In this document: piece after piece, positions 10,224-20,537 of the stretch
Layout of the letters: every line of letters starts with the position of its first letter
How positions within the stretch are numbered: the stretch's first letter is position 1
NCBI GenBank assembly: GCA_965197725.1
Contig: CBDANQ010000058.1
Coordinates: forward strand, 64,001-128,000
Length of the DNA: 64,000 nt
Direction of reading: 5' to 3'
Source: Longimicrobiales bacterium
Lineage (GTDB): Bacteria; Gemmatimonadota; Gemmatimonadetes; Longimicrobiales; Gaopeijiaceae
The notes under the pieces: model-generated
The model's database searches: none
What the model saw: the letters and a program-made list of their open reading frames with translations, nothing else
Told to the model about the DNA's origin: nothing
Program-made: the position numbers and the translations under genes

Positions 10224-10703
10224 TCAGCTACGGTCGATTACAATCGTGTGGGTATTGCCGACGGAGAAGACGATCGCCCCGCTGAGGAACTCCGCGATCG
10301 CGTTCCCGAGGTCGTCCTCGACAGCAACGACCGAGACGCCGATCAGCACCGTCGTATTCGGGTCCCCCGGCAAACCACCGGGCAACGACCAGCTCTCGAA
10401 GTCGAGCTGATACCCATCCCCCGCGAAGGTGAAGCCTTCGGGTAGGTATGAATCGAGCCCCGTCGGAATCGTCCCCACCACGGCCTCCGGGGGCCAACCG
10501 AGTAGATCGGCTTGATCGTTCAGCGTCGCGACGCGCACGACCTCCATGTCCGCCGCGACGTCGGTGGCTCGAGCGCGGTAGATCATCGTTTGCAGGTTGG
10601 GAATCGCGAATCCGGCCAGAATACCCACAATCGATGCCGCGATCATCAGCTCGATGAGCGTGAACCCTCCGCGGCGTGAATCACGTCGCTGGATCTGGCT
10701 CAT
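10224..10703 (-). CDS. Type IV pilin/pseudopilin (prepilin N-methylation motif)
   Basis: RRGG|FTLIELMIAASIVGILAGFAIP class III signal. Confidence 0.9.
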   Translation of the reverse strand: MSQIQRRDSRRGGFTLIELMIAASIVGILAGFAIPNLQTMIYRARATDVAADMEVVRVATLNDQADLLGWPPEAVVGTIPTGLDSYLPEGFTFAGDGYQLDFESWSLPGGLPGDPNTTVLIGVSVVAVEDDLGNAIAEFLSGAIVFSVGNTHTIVIDRS

Positions 10704-11218
10704 CAGGACTCCCCCCGAAGCTTGCTTGTCGCGTCGGAGCCGACCCACTCGTTCGCTGATTCGGACGAGTCGTACCGCACCACCTCGGTCCCGATCGTCG
10801 CAATCAACTCGTACCGGTTCGCCTCGATGATGAAGTACTCGACACCGGGTACCGTGCTGCCCGCGTCCTCCAGCGCTACCGGAAGCTCGCCGTTTTGTTC
10901 GCGATAGGCGTCCACACGCATCGCCTGCATGTACATCGCCAACCTCATGTTGTCGACCTGCTCCTCAATGGGTGCAGCCTCAATGGGGTTCATGACGACC
11001 CACGCCGGCGGTGCGATCAACAAGTAGACGGCGAAGACGCCCAGATTGATGCCCAGCGGAAGCACCCACTTCGCCTGTGCTTTGTCCGCCCTTCTTTCTT
11101 GCTGGGCCTCGTCGCGCTGGGCTGCATGATCCAATACGGCCGAAACGGCGTCGGCCGCTTCCTGGCCCGGCGTCCTATTGCCTGCGTGATAGGGTCGTAC
11201 TTCGTCCTGTGAACTCAT
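10703..11218 (-). CDS. Single-pass membrane protein with a pseudopilin(GspG)-like C-terminal helix
   Basis: One TM segment and MRVDAYREQNGELPVALEDAG; TGATG overlap with the pilin gene. Confidence 0.7.
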   Translation of the reverse strand: MSSQDEVRPYHAGNRTPGQEAADAVSAVLDHAAQRDEAQQERRADKAQAKWVLPLGINLGVFAVYLLIAPPAWVVMNPIEAAPIEEQVDNMRLAMYMQAMRVDAYREQNGELPVALEDAGSTVPGVEYFIIEANRYELIATIGTEVVRYDSSESANEWVGSDATSKLRGES

Positions 11219-11361
11219 TCCGGGGGAGCTGGAACATTCGTCGAGGCACACCGATGCGGCTTGATCCGCACAATATCCCTGATCCGCACTGTATCAAAGT
11301 TATACCCACAACCGGGTCGGCCCAAGAAGAAAGTGCCCTCGAACTCGGCCCACTCGTCCAC
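11215..11361 (-). CDS. Possible small protein or remnant; start uncertain
   Basis: VDEWAEFEGTFFLGRPGCGYNFDTVRIRDIVRIK... The stop overlaps the next start (ATGA), but there is no clear RBS. Confidence 0.3.
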   Translation of the reverse strand: MDEWAEFEGTFFLGRPGCGYNFDTVRIRDIVRIKPHRCASTNVPAPPE

Positions 11362-11450
11362 TTGATAGTAGGCTTCTCCCGACCTCGAGGACAGGAGTTG
11401 GTGCCGCTCCGCTCTCGACGATCCGAATGGGCCTGAGTAGCTTCGAAACC

Positions 11451-12131
11451 ATGCCACGTCGCGCACTCTCACGGTCCGTCGAGGACTACCTGAAGGCCAT
11501 CTTCGGGCTTTCAAGTGGCGGCGATCCAGCGTCCACCAGCGCCATCGCAGACGCTCTGCACATTCAGCCCGCCTCGGTAACCGGCATGGTCAAGCGACTG
11601 GCCGAGGCCGGACTGGTGGAGCACGTGCCCTACCGTGGGGTCCGGCTCACCGATGCCGGCGAGCGGGCGGCGCTCAAGGTCCTGCGACGCCACCGCGTCA
11701 TCGAGACCTACCTCTGCGAACTGCTCGAGTACCAGTGGGACGATGTGCACGCGGAGGCGGAGCGCCTCGAACATGCAGCCTCCGATGAGCTCGTCGAGCG
11801 CATGGCGACCGCTTTGGGCTCCCCGAGTCACGACCCGCACGGCTCTCCCATTCCAACACGAGCGGGCGAGATCGAGGCCACGGAGCTGGCGACGCTTGCG
11901 GACGCGGCACGCGGAACGAGGGTGCTCATCCGCGAGGTCCCCGACGAGGAAGCCGACGAGCTCCGTTCAATGGCCGCCGACGGGCTCGTGCCGGGAGTTG
12001 CGGTGCTGGTCGACTCGGCCCAGGACGTGGAGGGGGTCGTAGGCGTCATCATCGGTGGCGACGAAGGCGTCGCCCTAGCGGTCCAGGACCACCTCGCCCG
12101 GCGGATATTCGTCGTCCCGGACGAAGCCTGA
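11451..12131 (+). CDS. mntR: DtxR/MntR-family metal-dependent repressor with FeoA-like tail
   Basis: SVEDYLKAI, ASVTGMVKRL, RRHRVIETYL, VHAEAERLEH, HDPHGSPIP. Confidence 0.92.
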   Translation: MPRRALSRSVEDYLKAIFGLSSGGDPASTSAIADALHIQPASVTGMVKRLAEAGLVEHVPYRGVRLTDAGERAALKVLRRHRVIETYLCELLEYQWDDVHAEAERLEHAASDELVERMATALGSPSHDPHGSPIPTRAGEIEATELATLADAARGTRVLIREVPDEEADELRSMAADGLVPGVAVLVDSAQDVEGVVGVIIGGDEGVALAVQDHLARRIFVVPDEA

Positions 12132-12165
12132 CCGTAGAGCGACGGCCTGTGATCCTGGGGGTCAG

Positions 12166-13116
12166 CTAAGACGCGGGACAGGCGGGCGCCGAGAAGGCCC
12201 CACCCGGGGGAGCCGAGTTCACGACAACCTCGAAAGTGCGCGTCACCGTAGAGGCGAAGACCCCCGTGCCGTCCCCGCGAATGCTCGGCACGCGCACCTG
12301 CCCCGACGAGTTGAAATTGCCGCCCCGGGCCCAGTTCACGTAGTTCCGGTCCGTCGCCGAAATCATCACCGGGGCCCGCGTACCCGGCGGCAGTCCGTCC
12401 TGGAGGCTCGTCGCGAGGTCCTGGTCGAGCTCGAAGCGGCTGAAGATCCCGAACTCACCGGGAAACACGATCGTGGTGTCGGAGGCCGAGATCGAGAGGC
12501 CCAGCAGCTCCAACGTGTCGCTCTCCACGTCGATTCCAAGCGGGGCGAGCCCGTCCTTGATGCCTACGATCACGGTCTCGTTCACATAAGCCCACGTGCC
12601 CATGGACGCCGTCCAGCGAACGGTGAGCGGGGTGCTCGGTGGGAGTAGACACTCGGCCCCCTCCACGACGCCCAGGATCGCAAAGTCCCCGGGCACGACC
12701 GTGGCGCTCGTCAGCGCCCCACCCGAGGCTAGGTCTATGCGCAGTCGGAGGTGGTCCCCCGGGCCGAAAGACGCCGCGGTCGCGGGCGCCAACCAGTAGC
12801 AAGAGCCCGTACCACCCTCGGGCGTCGCGCTGACGCACCTCTCGATCGCGGTCTCCGCGAGTTCCACGCTCGATCCACCATCTCGCGTGATGACGATCTT
12901 GGCGCCCGGCACCGGGTGGAAGCCCTCACCCACCCCCCCGACGGTCCGGTGCAGAAACGCGGTCACGCGGTCGCCGCCGAAGAGGCCCTCGCCGATCTGA
13001 ACGTAAACCTCCGCAATGACCACATCCTCGACATCCACGATCGTGATCTCCTGGAGGTCACAGCCCCCGAGACCCAACAACACGACCATGGCCCAGATCC
13101 GACGCCCCCCCGCCAT
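12166..13116 (-). CDS. DUF4249-like outer-membrane lipoprotein partner of the TonB receptor
   Basis: Lipobox LGGC, C-terminal SIRGDGTGVFAS, and TGATG overlap with the receptor gene. Confidence 0.7.
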   Translation of the reverse strand: MAGGRRIWAMVVLLGLGGCDLQEITIVDVEDVVIAEVYVQIGEGLFGGDRVTAFLHRTVGGVGEGFHPVPGAKIVITRDGGSSVELAETAIERCVSATPEGGTGSCYWLAPATAASFGPGDHLRLRIDLASGGALTSATVVPGDFAILGVVEGAECLLPPSTPLTVRWTASMGTWAYVNETVIVGIKDGLAPLGIDVESDTLELLGLSISASDTTIVFPGEFGIFSRFELDQDLATSLQDGLPPGTRAPVMISATDRNYVNWARGGNFNSSGQVRVPSIRGDGTGVFASTVTRTFEVVVNSAPPGGAFSAPACPAS

Positions 13117-15479
13117 CAGAAGTGCACCTCGAAGCCGAACGTAGGCAGAATCGGGAACATTGAAATGCCGGAGCGCGTCGCCGGGGAACGGTCGTATTCG
13201 TGGAAATAGAAGAGCACGTTGCGCTGGTCGTAGACGTTCACCAGATCGACCCGGGCCGTGATCGTTCCCCACGACTTCTCGAACGGCTTCCGGAAGCTCG
13301 CGTCGAGCCGATGGTATGTCGGATACCGAGACGCATTGCGGCTCTCGAGCGCGACAGCATAAGCGCCGAAGTCGCCGTCCTCGGCGGCGCCCGCCCATTC
13401 GAGGCGGCCGGCGCTGCCGACAAACTGCGGCGAGTAATATGCGTACGACCCGAGCGCGCGCGTATAGGGGGTGCCTGTGCCAACGTTCCAACGCAGCCCT
13501 CCTTGCCAGCCCCACGGGAGCGGGTAGCGCAGCACGAGGTCGACGTCGAGCCGACGATCGAAGATAGGGGCGTATGTGATGGACGGCTGGGGCACCTCCG
13601 GGGCCAACATGTCGCCGAAAGTCCGGTCGGCCCGCAGGAACGAAACGGCGATCCAGCCGTTCACGTCGCCCGTCTCCTTGCGCAGGAGCAGATCCGCGCC
13701 GTACGAGAGGCCGTCACCCGAGAGAATGTCGTCGAAGTCGTCGTTGGGGTCGTCGGCTACGTTGAAAGTCACCACGCCGTCGAAGGACCGCACGTAGGCT
13801 TCGATGGACCAAAACCAATCGATGTCCCGATATCCCTCGACACCGAGCTGAAGCTGATCCGAGACCACGTGCGGCGCGCTCGCGCCGGCGAGCACCCAGA
13901 TATCCAGTCCCAGAGGGAGTTCCTCGTCCCTGAGAGAGTGAAGGAACTGGGTGTACCGACCAGCCGCGACCTTCACCGCGACGTCACCGCCATCGAAGAA
14001 GCGCTTGGCCGCGAGCCGGGGCGCCAACTCGAGGATCCGATCGCCGGGGTCCGGGCTCCACGCGTCGAGACGCAGACCAACCTCGAGCAACCATTCTCGT
14101 GGGCGCGACCAGGTTGTCTGGGCATAGGTGCCAAGTAGCCACCCGTCACCCTCGCCGCTACCGAATTCGGTGCCTCCCGTCTGGAAGAGATTGCGGTACG
14201 AGAGGTGCTCGAGCGCCCCTCCAACCCTTATGCCCATGGTCGGGGTGGGCCGAGTATCGAGGTCGACGCGAAGCTGGCTCTGTGCGATCCGACTCGTGAA
14301 CTCGGTATCGGCGAAGTCCGGGAAACTCAGGCCGGTCCCGTAGCGGCTGACATTCGCGCGGACGTCGAGCGAGCCCCCGCCGCGGCGCGCGTGCGTCCAC
14401 CGGCCGCCAACGACGTCGTTGCCCCAGTCCCAGTCGATGCGGAGTGGAAAGTCCTCGGCGTCGAGCCGCGTGAGATCGAGCACATCCTTCCCGGTGTATC
14501 CGGTCAGCGTGATGCGGTCGCCCGAGTTGGTCCACCCCTCCATCACTGTCTGGAGATCGGTGAGGTGATAGGGGAACTCGAACGCGGGCTTCATCAGGAT
14601 GTCGAAGTACGACCGCCGGGCCGAAGTGCGCCATTTGACGTTCGCGAGGCCCAAAGAGTTGGCCGTACCGCGGGGGAGGCTGCCGCCTATTGCGACACGA
14701 CTGGCGAGCAGGGAGATGCCGGCGTCGACCCGGAAATCACCGTCGCCGGGATCGCTCTCGATCTGGAGGACTGACGAGATCCGGCCGCCGTGCTCCGCCG
14801 GAAAGCCTCCTGAGAACAGCTCGGCCCGGTCCAGCATGTCCGCGTTGAAGACGGAGAAGAATCCGCCGAGATGGAACGGGCTGAAGATCGGCACGCCGTC
14901 GAGCAGGATCAGGTTCTGATCGGCCGAGCCACCCCGGACGTGGAACGAAGCCGAGAAGTCCGATGTGGATACCACCCCGGGCAGAACCTCGATGGCTCGG
15001 ATCGGATCAGCCTCGACGACACCTGGGAGCTGATTGAGGTCCGAGAGGTTGATCTCACGGACCGTCACGCCTCCGAGCTGCTCGAAACGGATTCGCTCCC
15101 GGCTCCGCTCCGCTTCGACGGAAATGCCCTCGACCTCGATGGCCTGGAGTACCAACCGGAGGTCGTACTCGAGCGTTTGCCCGGCGGCGAGCGTCAAGAC
15201 CTCGGTCTGCTCGGCGTAGCCGAGTGCCTGAACCAGAAGCCGATACGTTCCGGTGGGCACTGATGCGAGCCGGAACGAACCGAGGCGGTCGGTATCGGCT
15301 GCACCGATCGTGATGCTCCCTGCGAGCAGCCGGACCGTCGCACCGTACACGGCCGAGCCCTCTTCGCCTCGGACACGCCCTTGAACGGTGCTCAGCTGCG
15401 CCTCGACCGACGGAACCCAGATCACGAGCAGCGTCCCGAGCGCGAGCAGGCACCGCCCCACCCATCCATGTACCGACAA
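13116..15479 (-). CDS. TonB-dependent receptor with N-terminal carboxypeptidase-regulatory-like domain
   Basis: LPGVVEADPIRAIEVLPGV, VRGGSADQNLILLDG, FSGGFPAEHGGRISS, C-terminal Phe. TTG start chosen for the GAGGA RBS. Confidence 0.92.
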   Translation of the reverse strand: MSVHGWVGRCLLALGTLLVIWVPSVEAQLSTVQGRVRGEEGSAVYGATVRLLAGSITIGAADTDRLGSFRLASVPTGTYRLLVQALGYAEQTEVLTLAAGQTLEYDLRLVLQAIEVEGISVEAERSRERIRFEQLGGVTVREINLSDLNQLPGVVEADPIRAIEVLPGVVSTSDFSASFHVRGGSADQNLILLDGVPIFSPFHLGGFFSVFNADMLDRAELFSGGFPAEHGGRISSVLQIESDPGDGDFRVDAGISLLASRVAIGGSLPRGTANSLGLANVKWRTSARRSYFDILMKPAFEFPYHLTDLQTVMEGWTNSGDRITLTGYTGKDVLDLTRLDAEDFPLRIDWDWGNDVVGGRWTHARRGGGSLDVRANVSRYGTGLSFPDFADTEFTSRIAQSQLRVDLDTRPTPTMGIRVGGALEHLSYRNLFQTGGTEFGSGEGDGWLLGTYAQTTWSRPREWLLEVGLRLDAWSPDPGDRILELAPRLAAKRFFDGGDVAVKVAAGRYTQFLHSLRDEELPLGLDIWVLAGASAPHVVSDQLQLGVEGYRDIDWFWSIEAYVRSFDGVVTFNVADDPNDDFDDILSGDGLSYGADLLLRKETGDVNGWIAVSFLRADRTFGDMLAPEVPQPSITYAPIFDRRLDVDLVLRYPLPWGWQGGLRWNVGTGTPYTRALGSYAYYSPQFVGSAGRLEWAGAAEDGDFGAYAVALESRNASRYPTYHRLDASFRKPFEKSWGTITARVDLVNVYDQRNVLFYFHEYDRSPATRSGISMFPILPTFGFEVHF

Positions 15480-15641
15480 AGTGATCCTCTTGCTGATTGG
15501 GTCCCCCCCCCGCGTGGACTTGCCCCGCGTGCCGGGCCGGGCGACTTCTATACCGCGCACGCGCTTCCCGGTGCCCTTCGCCTGGGCGGGTGGCCACCCC
15601 GGCCTGCTGGCCTGAAGCGGTCACTGTACTATCTTCGCTCG

Positions 15642-16580
15642 ATGCCCTCCACGGAAGAACTGCTGGCCAGAGTCCCGCTGTTCAAGGCACTCGAGGTCCA
15701 AGATCTCACACGACTGGCCGCAGCCTCCCGCGTCGAGACCTTTTCTCCGGGCGAAGCAATCGTCGAGGTAGGAGAACCGGGGCGGTCGATCTATCTGGTT
15801 ACGGAGGGCCACGTGCAGGTGCTCTATCCAGTGCGCACCGAGGAGGTCGAGCTCGCTCGCATGGGCCCCGGCGAGTTCTTCGGGGAGATGGCCCTCCTCA
15901 ACGAAAAGCCACGCAGCGCAACGGTCCGCTCGGTGGGTGAAGTCTCTGCAATCGTTCTGGACAAGACCGAGTTCCACGCGCTCGTGCTGGACCGACCGCG
16001 AGTCGCCTTGGCATTGCTCGAGGCACTCTCCGTGCGCATCCGCCAGGCAGATGAGCAGATCAGCGGGCTCAGCGATCAGGCCGTGCGCGATCCGCTCACG
16101 GGGCTGCTGAACCGACGCGCGTTCACCGAACGAATCGAGCAGGAGGTCGACCGCACACGCCGATACGAGAGAGACTTCTCATTGATCATGATGGACCTCG
16201 ACCATTTCAAGGCGATCAACGACACGTTGGGGCACGACGTCGGCGACGAGGTGCTCAGTTGGGTCGGACGCATCCTGACAGAGCACACGCGGGTCGCGGA
16301 CACACCGTTCCGTATCGGTGGTGAAGAGTTCACCGTTCTCTGTCCGGCCACGGGCAGGGAGCTCGCGCAAGCCCTGGCTCAGCGGTTGGTGGACGTCGTG
16401 GCTGAAGCCAAGCCGCCGGTCGGACACGAACTGCGCGTCACAATGTCCGCCGCGTACGCTACATCCCCTGAGCACGGTGAGGCGACGGAGGCCCTCTACA
16501 ACGCGGCGGACCAGGCACTGCTGAAGGCCAAGCGCGAGGGCCGGAATCGGGTCATGGCACCCGCAGACGGCGCTACGTGA
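15642..16580 (+). CDS. Diguanylate cyclase with N-terminal cyclic-nucleotide-binding domain
   Basis: GEFFGEMALL..PRSATV (cNMP domain); DPLTGLLNRR, DLDHFKAINDTLGHDVGD, RIGGEEF. Confidence 0.93.
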   Translation: MPSTEELLARVPLFKALEVQDLTRLAAASRVETFSPGEAIVEVGEPGRSIYLVTEGHVQVLYPVRTEEVELARMGPGEFFGEMALLNEKPRSATVRSVGEVSAIVLDKTEFHALVLDRPRVALALLEALSVRIRQADEQISGLSDQAVRDPLTGLLNRRAFTERIEQEVDRTRRYERDFSLIMMDLDHFKAINDTLGHDVGDEVLSWVGRILTEHTRVADTPFRIGGEEFTVLCPATGRELAQALAQRLVDVVAEAKPPVGHELRVTMSAAYATSPEHGEATEALYNAADQALLKAKREGRNRVMAPADGAT

Positions 16581-16582
16581 CT

Positions 16583-19096
16583 TCACGCGAACCAACTCGT
16601 CAGTCGTTCGAGCGCCCCCAGGAGATCGGGCTCTAGCTCGAGCACGGACCGTAGCGGGTCATCGCCCAAGCGCTTCATGCGTCTGGGCACGCTCTTGATG
16701 GTGTGGCTCGCGATGGTGAGCCTCCTGTTGACCTCGCCCCACCTGAGCGGCGCCGACACGGGTGCGCCAGGCTTGGGGCGAACCGTGAACGGCGCGACCA
16801 ATAGACGGCCATGTCCGTTCTGAACGAAGTCGACGTAAACCTTTCCCTCGCGCCTATCCGGATTGCGCGTGAGCGTCGCGATCTCCGGCCGCTCGGCGAC
16901 GACGACTCGGGCGAGAAGTTGTGCCATGGTTCGTGACTGCTCGTAGGTGAGCTGCCTACCCAGCGGCACCAGCACGTGGATCCCGGTCGAACCGCTCGTC
17001 TTCGGGAACGACGGCAGACCGATCTCCTGGCACAGGTCGTGGACCGTGCGGGCGATCTCGACCACGTCCGTGAACGGTGCCTCCTTCGGATCCAGATCGA
17101 GAATGCACCAGTCGGGATGAGCCAGCGTGGCGATCCGACTGGACCACACATGCAACGGGATCGTGCCCATGTTGATGACGTAGAGCAACGACTCGACGTC
17201 TTCCGCAACGAAGTACGAGAGCTCCCTCTGCGAACCCTCGCTCCACACGGTCACACGCCGGAACCAATCCGGCGCATAGGGCGGAGCATCCTTCTGAAAG
17301 AACGACTTTCCGTCGATACCGTCCGGATACCGCGTCATGACCAGCGGACGGTCTTCGAGGTAGGGCAGCATCCATTCCGAGACCTGCCGATGGTATTCGA
17401 TCAGATCGCCTTTCGTGTAGCCTTCCGCGGGCCAGAATACGTTGTCGAGGTTGGTGAACGGTACGGTCCGCTCCTCGATCATCTCCACCGGCTCAGGTGG
17501 CTCGGCCTCACCCCCGAGCGCCCCCTCGACAACACACTCCGAGGGCCGCTTGTCGGTGCGGAAGCGAGAGAACGACGGCTGACGTACTAGTCCCTGCTCG
17601 GTGAACTCCTTGTACTTCACCTCCGCAACCATCTCAGGCCGAACCCAGTGGTGGCCCTTCCCCTTGGGCACGTGCCCCTTGGTACAGGCGCTCGAATCAA
17701 GCTCGATGTCCTCCAGCAGCGAACGCACGCCGTCGAGTTCCGAGTCCCTGAAACCGCTTCCGACGTTGCCCAAGAAGACCAGGTCCTCCCCATCGTACTG
17801 GCCGATGTGCAGAGAGCCGAAGCCGCCACGCGACCCCTTGGGCTCCGTCCAGCCGACGACGACGAAGTCCTCGATCCGAACCGTACGAACCTTGATCCAG
17901 CTCTTCGAGCGCCCGCCCCGGTACGGCGCGTCCGCCCTCTTGCCGACGATTCCTTCAAGGCGCATCGACTCGACGTGCTCGTACATCGCCTCCCCCCGCT
18001 CCGGGATGTGATCCGAGTAGCGGATCGGTCCCACAGAGGGTAGAACGTCCCTCAGGATCCGCTTGCGCTCCAGCAGGGGCAGCCCGCGCAGATCGTGCCG
18101 CTCGAGGCCGAGGATGTCGAACGCGTAGTAGATCGCAGGCAGCTCGACGCTCGCGCGCAGGGCATCGACCACGTTCAGGATGCGACCCCTCCGTTGCAGG
18201 CGTGAGAAGGACGGTTTGCCCTCCCCGTCGTTGACGACGACTTCGCCATCGAGCACGAGACCTTCATAAGGGAGGCCCCGAACCGCGCGCGCGATCTCGG
18301 GAAACGTGGGGGTCATGTCGTGCCCGGCTCGCGAGCGCAGGTATGGTTCCCGTCCCGAGCGCTCGGCCAGGAGGCGATACCCGTCGTACTTCAGCTCGAA
18401 GATCCAACCCTCTCGGCTGAACGGCCTCTCTTCGCTCGAAGCGAGCATGAGGCTGACAGCGTTGGCTGATACGGCCCTCTTCCTCGCCCCCACCCCGGCG
18501 ATCTGTTCGGCCAGCTCGTCGGCAAGGTCATCGGCGTTCGGAAACTCGTCCACCGTGAGTCCGGAGTAGATCGAGTCGTCGGGATAGTCCTCGGTGCTGC
18601 CCTCATCGTCGAGGTAGGCGTCCCGTTCCTTGATGAGGAGCCACGAATTGGGCGCCTGCCTCGTCTTCACCAGGGTCCAGTTGCCGAGCAGTTTGTGGCC
18701 CCTCAGTTCGAACAGGAGCTTCCCCTTCTCGAGGCCCTCCTTCGCATCCTCGAGCGGTACCCACACCCCCCGATCCCACACGATCATCGCACCTGCGCCG
18801 TACTCGCCCTCGGGGATGACGCCCTCGAACTCCGCGTACTCGAGCGGATGGTCCTCGGTCTTCATCGCGAGGCGTTTGTCGGCCTGGTTCGGTGACGGGC
18901 CCTTCGGGATGGCCCACGAGAGCAGCACTCCATCCAGCTCTAGGCGAAGGTCCCAATGCAGGTTGCGCGCAGCATGCTTCTGCACGACGAAGATGCTGCC
19001 ACCCGCAACCACCCGCCCGCCGAACGGCTCGGGCGTGCGGGAGGCGGAGCGCTTTTCGCGATACTTCGCAAGGCGTTCGTCGCGGGTCGGCGTCAT
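16583..19096 (-). CDS. ligD: DNA ligase D (phosphoesterase-ligase-polymerase)
   Basis: FVVQKHAARNLHWDLRLE (PE), ELKYDGYR (ligase KxDG), RYPDGIDG..FFQK, DLDP and KTSGSTGIH (PolDom). Confidence 0.97.
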   Translation of the reverse strand: MTPTRDERLAKYREKRSASRTPEPFGGRVVAGGSIFVVQKHAARNLHWDLRLELDGVLLSWAIPKGPSPNQADKRLAMKTEDHPLEYAEFEGVIPEGEYGAGAMIVWDRGVWVPLEDAKEGLEKGKLLFELRGHKLLGNWTLVKTRQAPNSWLLIKERDAYLDDEGSTEDYPDDSIYSGLTVDEFPNADDLADELAEQIAGVGARKRAVSANAVSLMLASSEERPFSREGWIFELKYDGYRLLAERSGREPYLRSRAGHDMTPTFPEIARAVRGLPYEGLVLDGEVVVNDGEGKPSFSRLQRRGRILNVVDALRASVELPAIYYAFDILGLERHDLRGLPLLERKRILRDVLPSVGPIRYSDHIPERGEAMYEHVESMRLEGIVGKRADAPYRGGRSKSWIKVRTVRIEDFVVVGWTEPKGSRGGFGSLHIGQYDGEDLVFLGNVGSGFRDSELDGVRSLLEDIELDSSACTKGHVPKGKGHHWVRPEMVAEVKYKEFTEQGLVRQPSFSRFRTDKRPSECVVEGALGGEAEPPEPVEMIEERTVPFTNLDNVFWPAEGYTKGDLIEYHRQVSEWMLPYLEDRPLVMTRYPDGIDGKSFFQKDAPPYAPDWFRRVTVWSEGSQRELSYFVAEDVESLLYVINMGTIPLHVWSSRIATLAHPDWCILDLDPKEAPFTDVVEIARTVHDLCQEIGLPSFPKTSGSTGIHVLVPLGRQLTYEQSRTMAQLLARVVVAERPEIATLTRNPDRREGKVYVDFVQNGHGRLLVAPFTVRPKPGAPVSAPLRWGEVNRRLTIASHTIKSVPRRMKRLGDDPLRSVLELEPDLLGALERLTSWFA

Positions 19097-19147
19097 TGCG
19101 TAGGCGACAGAACCGGCGAGACCGAAGTAGTAGTCGAGTTGGGCGGC

Positions 19148-19453
19148 TCAGTGCCGGGGAATCCCGCTCCCATTCTTGTCGGGCCAACGCCCGAAGCTCA
19201 TCAGCCCGGGGTTCAGCCACGCGGCCACGCCGGCGACCGCGATGTCGGCCAGCTCGCTCGGGTCGGCCTGCACGGCGAGCGCACTTCCCTCTCCCGATCG
19301 AATCTCTGAGATCACCTCGCCCGCGTTGTCAGCGCTGTGCGGATAGTTCACCACGATGGACGCCTCATCCTTGCCCAAACGTTCAGCGACCGCACGCCCG
19401 ATACGCCTCGAACCGTCCGTAACAACTGCCACTTTTCCAGTGAGAGACGCCAT
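19148..19453 (-). pseudogene. Truncated short-chain dehydrogenase (SDR) remnant
   Basis: LTGKVAVVTDGSRRIGRAVAERL is a degenerate TGGSRGIG. Similarity ends after AVQAD; no YxxxK. Confidence 0.8.
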
Positions 19454-19627
19454 AGAGCCACCTTTCCTGTCCAAAGCTACGCACGCGACTTCTTGGGGGA
19501 CGGCGTCCGTGCTCTGTTCACTGCTATTGGTTTGATTCCGCCGTCCTCGCAGCCTAACCCTACCGCTCCGGGATTGTTTCCACACTCTAGGCGCAGCGGG
19601 ACAGGGTGGGAAGCAAAGCCGCCTGGT

Positions 19628-20119
19628 TCAGTGAGCTTCGCCCTGGTCGTCCGCGGACGGGCCGTAGATCGACGGCACCTTAGCACCCATCGGCCGCAGA
19701 TACGTGCTGAGCTGACCGCGATGATGTACCGAGTCCAAGAGCATCCCCCATGCGAGTTGCTGGCACGGAGCCTCCATGACCAAGTGATCGCCCGCATAGA
19801 ACTGGCCCACCTCTAACCACTGACCCTCGTCCATGGCGCTGAGCCGACCGATGAGTGCTCCGAATGAGTCGTCGACCTGCTGCACGGCGCTTTTCACCGA
19901 ATCGAAGGGTACCTGGTTTCGATGATGGATCACCCCATCGTCAAGAAGCTCCTGCAGATCGAGATTGTGGCCGATGAGATGCTCGATCAATTGCCGCGCG
20001 CTACGCGCCTTGGGATCCGCTCGATACTCCAGCCCATCGTCCGGAGCCGCACCGATGACCTTGACGAAAAGGCCGCGCTCCTGGGCGAGAAAACTCTGAA
20101 AAAATGCCGGCGTGCTCAT
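19628..20119 (-). CDS. DinB/YfiT-family protein
   Basis: RSARQLIEHL...DSVHHRGQLSTYLRPMGAKVPSIYGPSAD. Confidence 0.92.
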   Translation of the reverse strand: MSTPAFFQSFLAQERGLFVKVIGAAPDDGLEYRADPKARSARQLIEHLIGHNLDLQELLDDGVIHHRNQVPFDSVKSAVQQVDDSFGALIGRLSAMDEGQWLEVGQFYAGDHLVMEAPCQQLAWGMLLDSVHHRGQLSTYLRPMGAKVPSIYGPSADDQGEAH

Positions 20120-20537
20120 GGTGGGTACTCCACGTTTAGGATCAACCGTGCTGGGAAGAGCCAAGCCCCATAACACGATGCAAAGGAGGCGCTCCATAGT
20201 CGAGAAGGCTTCTTCTGCTGTCTAACCAATGATCGGATCGCGTCCTGCGCTTCAGGATGGGAGATATGGCGGCTCGAACGCAAGGCGGGTCCGGGGGAAC
20301 CCGCACCTTTGCTGACGTTCGGTACCGGCTGATGCGGCGATCATCGATTTTCCGCGGGAACTGCGGCCGGGTGCCGGTGGTCGACGGACGGCTCTTGGTC
20401 AGACGCTTCGTCCCATGAATCGATCGCCTCCATGGCCGCAGCCTCGATCGCCCAGGGAATGTCCCAATCCCTAATTCCACCTGGCGGGGAGGAAACCCTT
20501 GCCCCGCTTTCGTGCATGAACATATGTTTTCCGCACC

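Noticed and set aside
11340..11450. MntR/DtxR operator upstream of mntR
   Set aside because: No convincing 19-bp palindrome.
20275..20320. GC-rich hairpin between dinB and ku as a riboswitch
   Set aside because: A single imperfect stem with no recognisable aptamer consensus.
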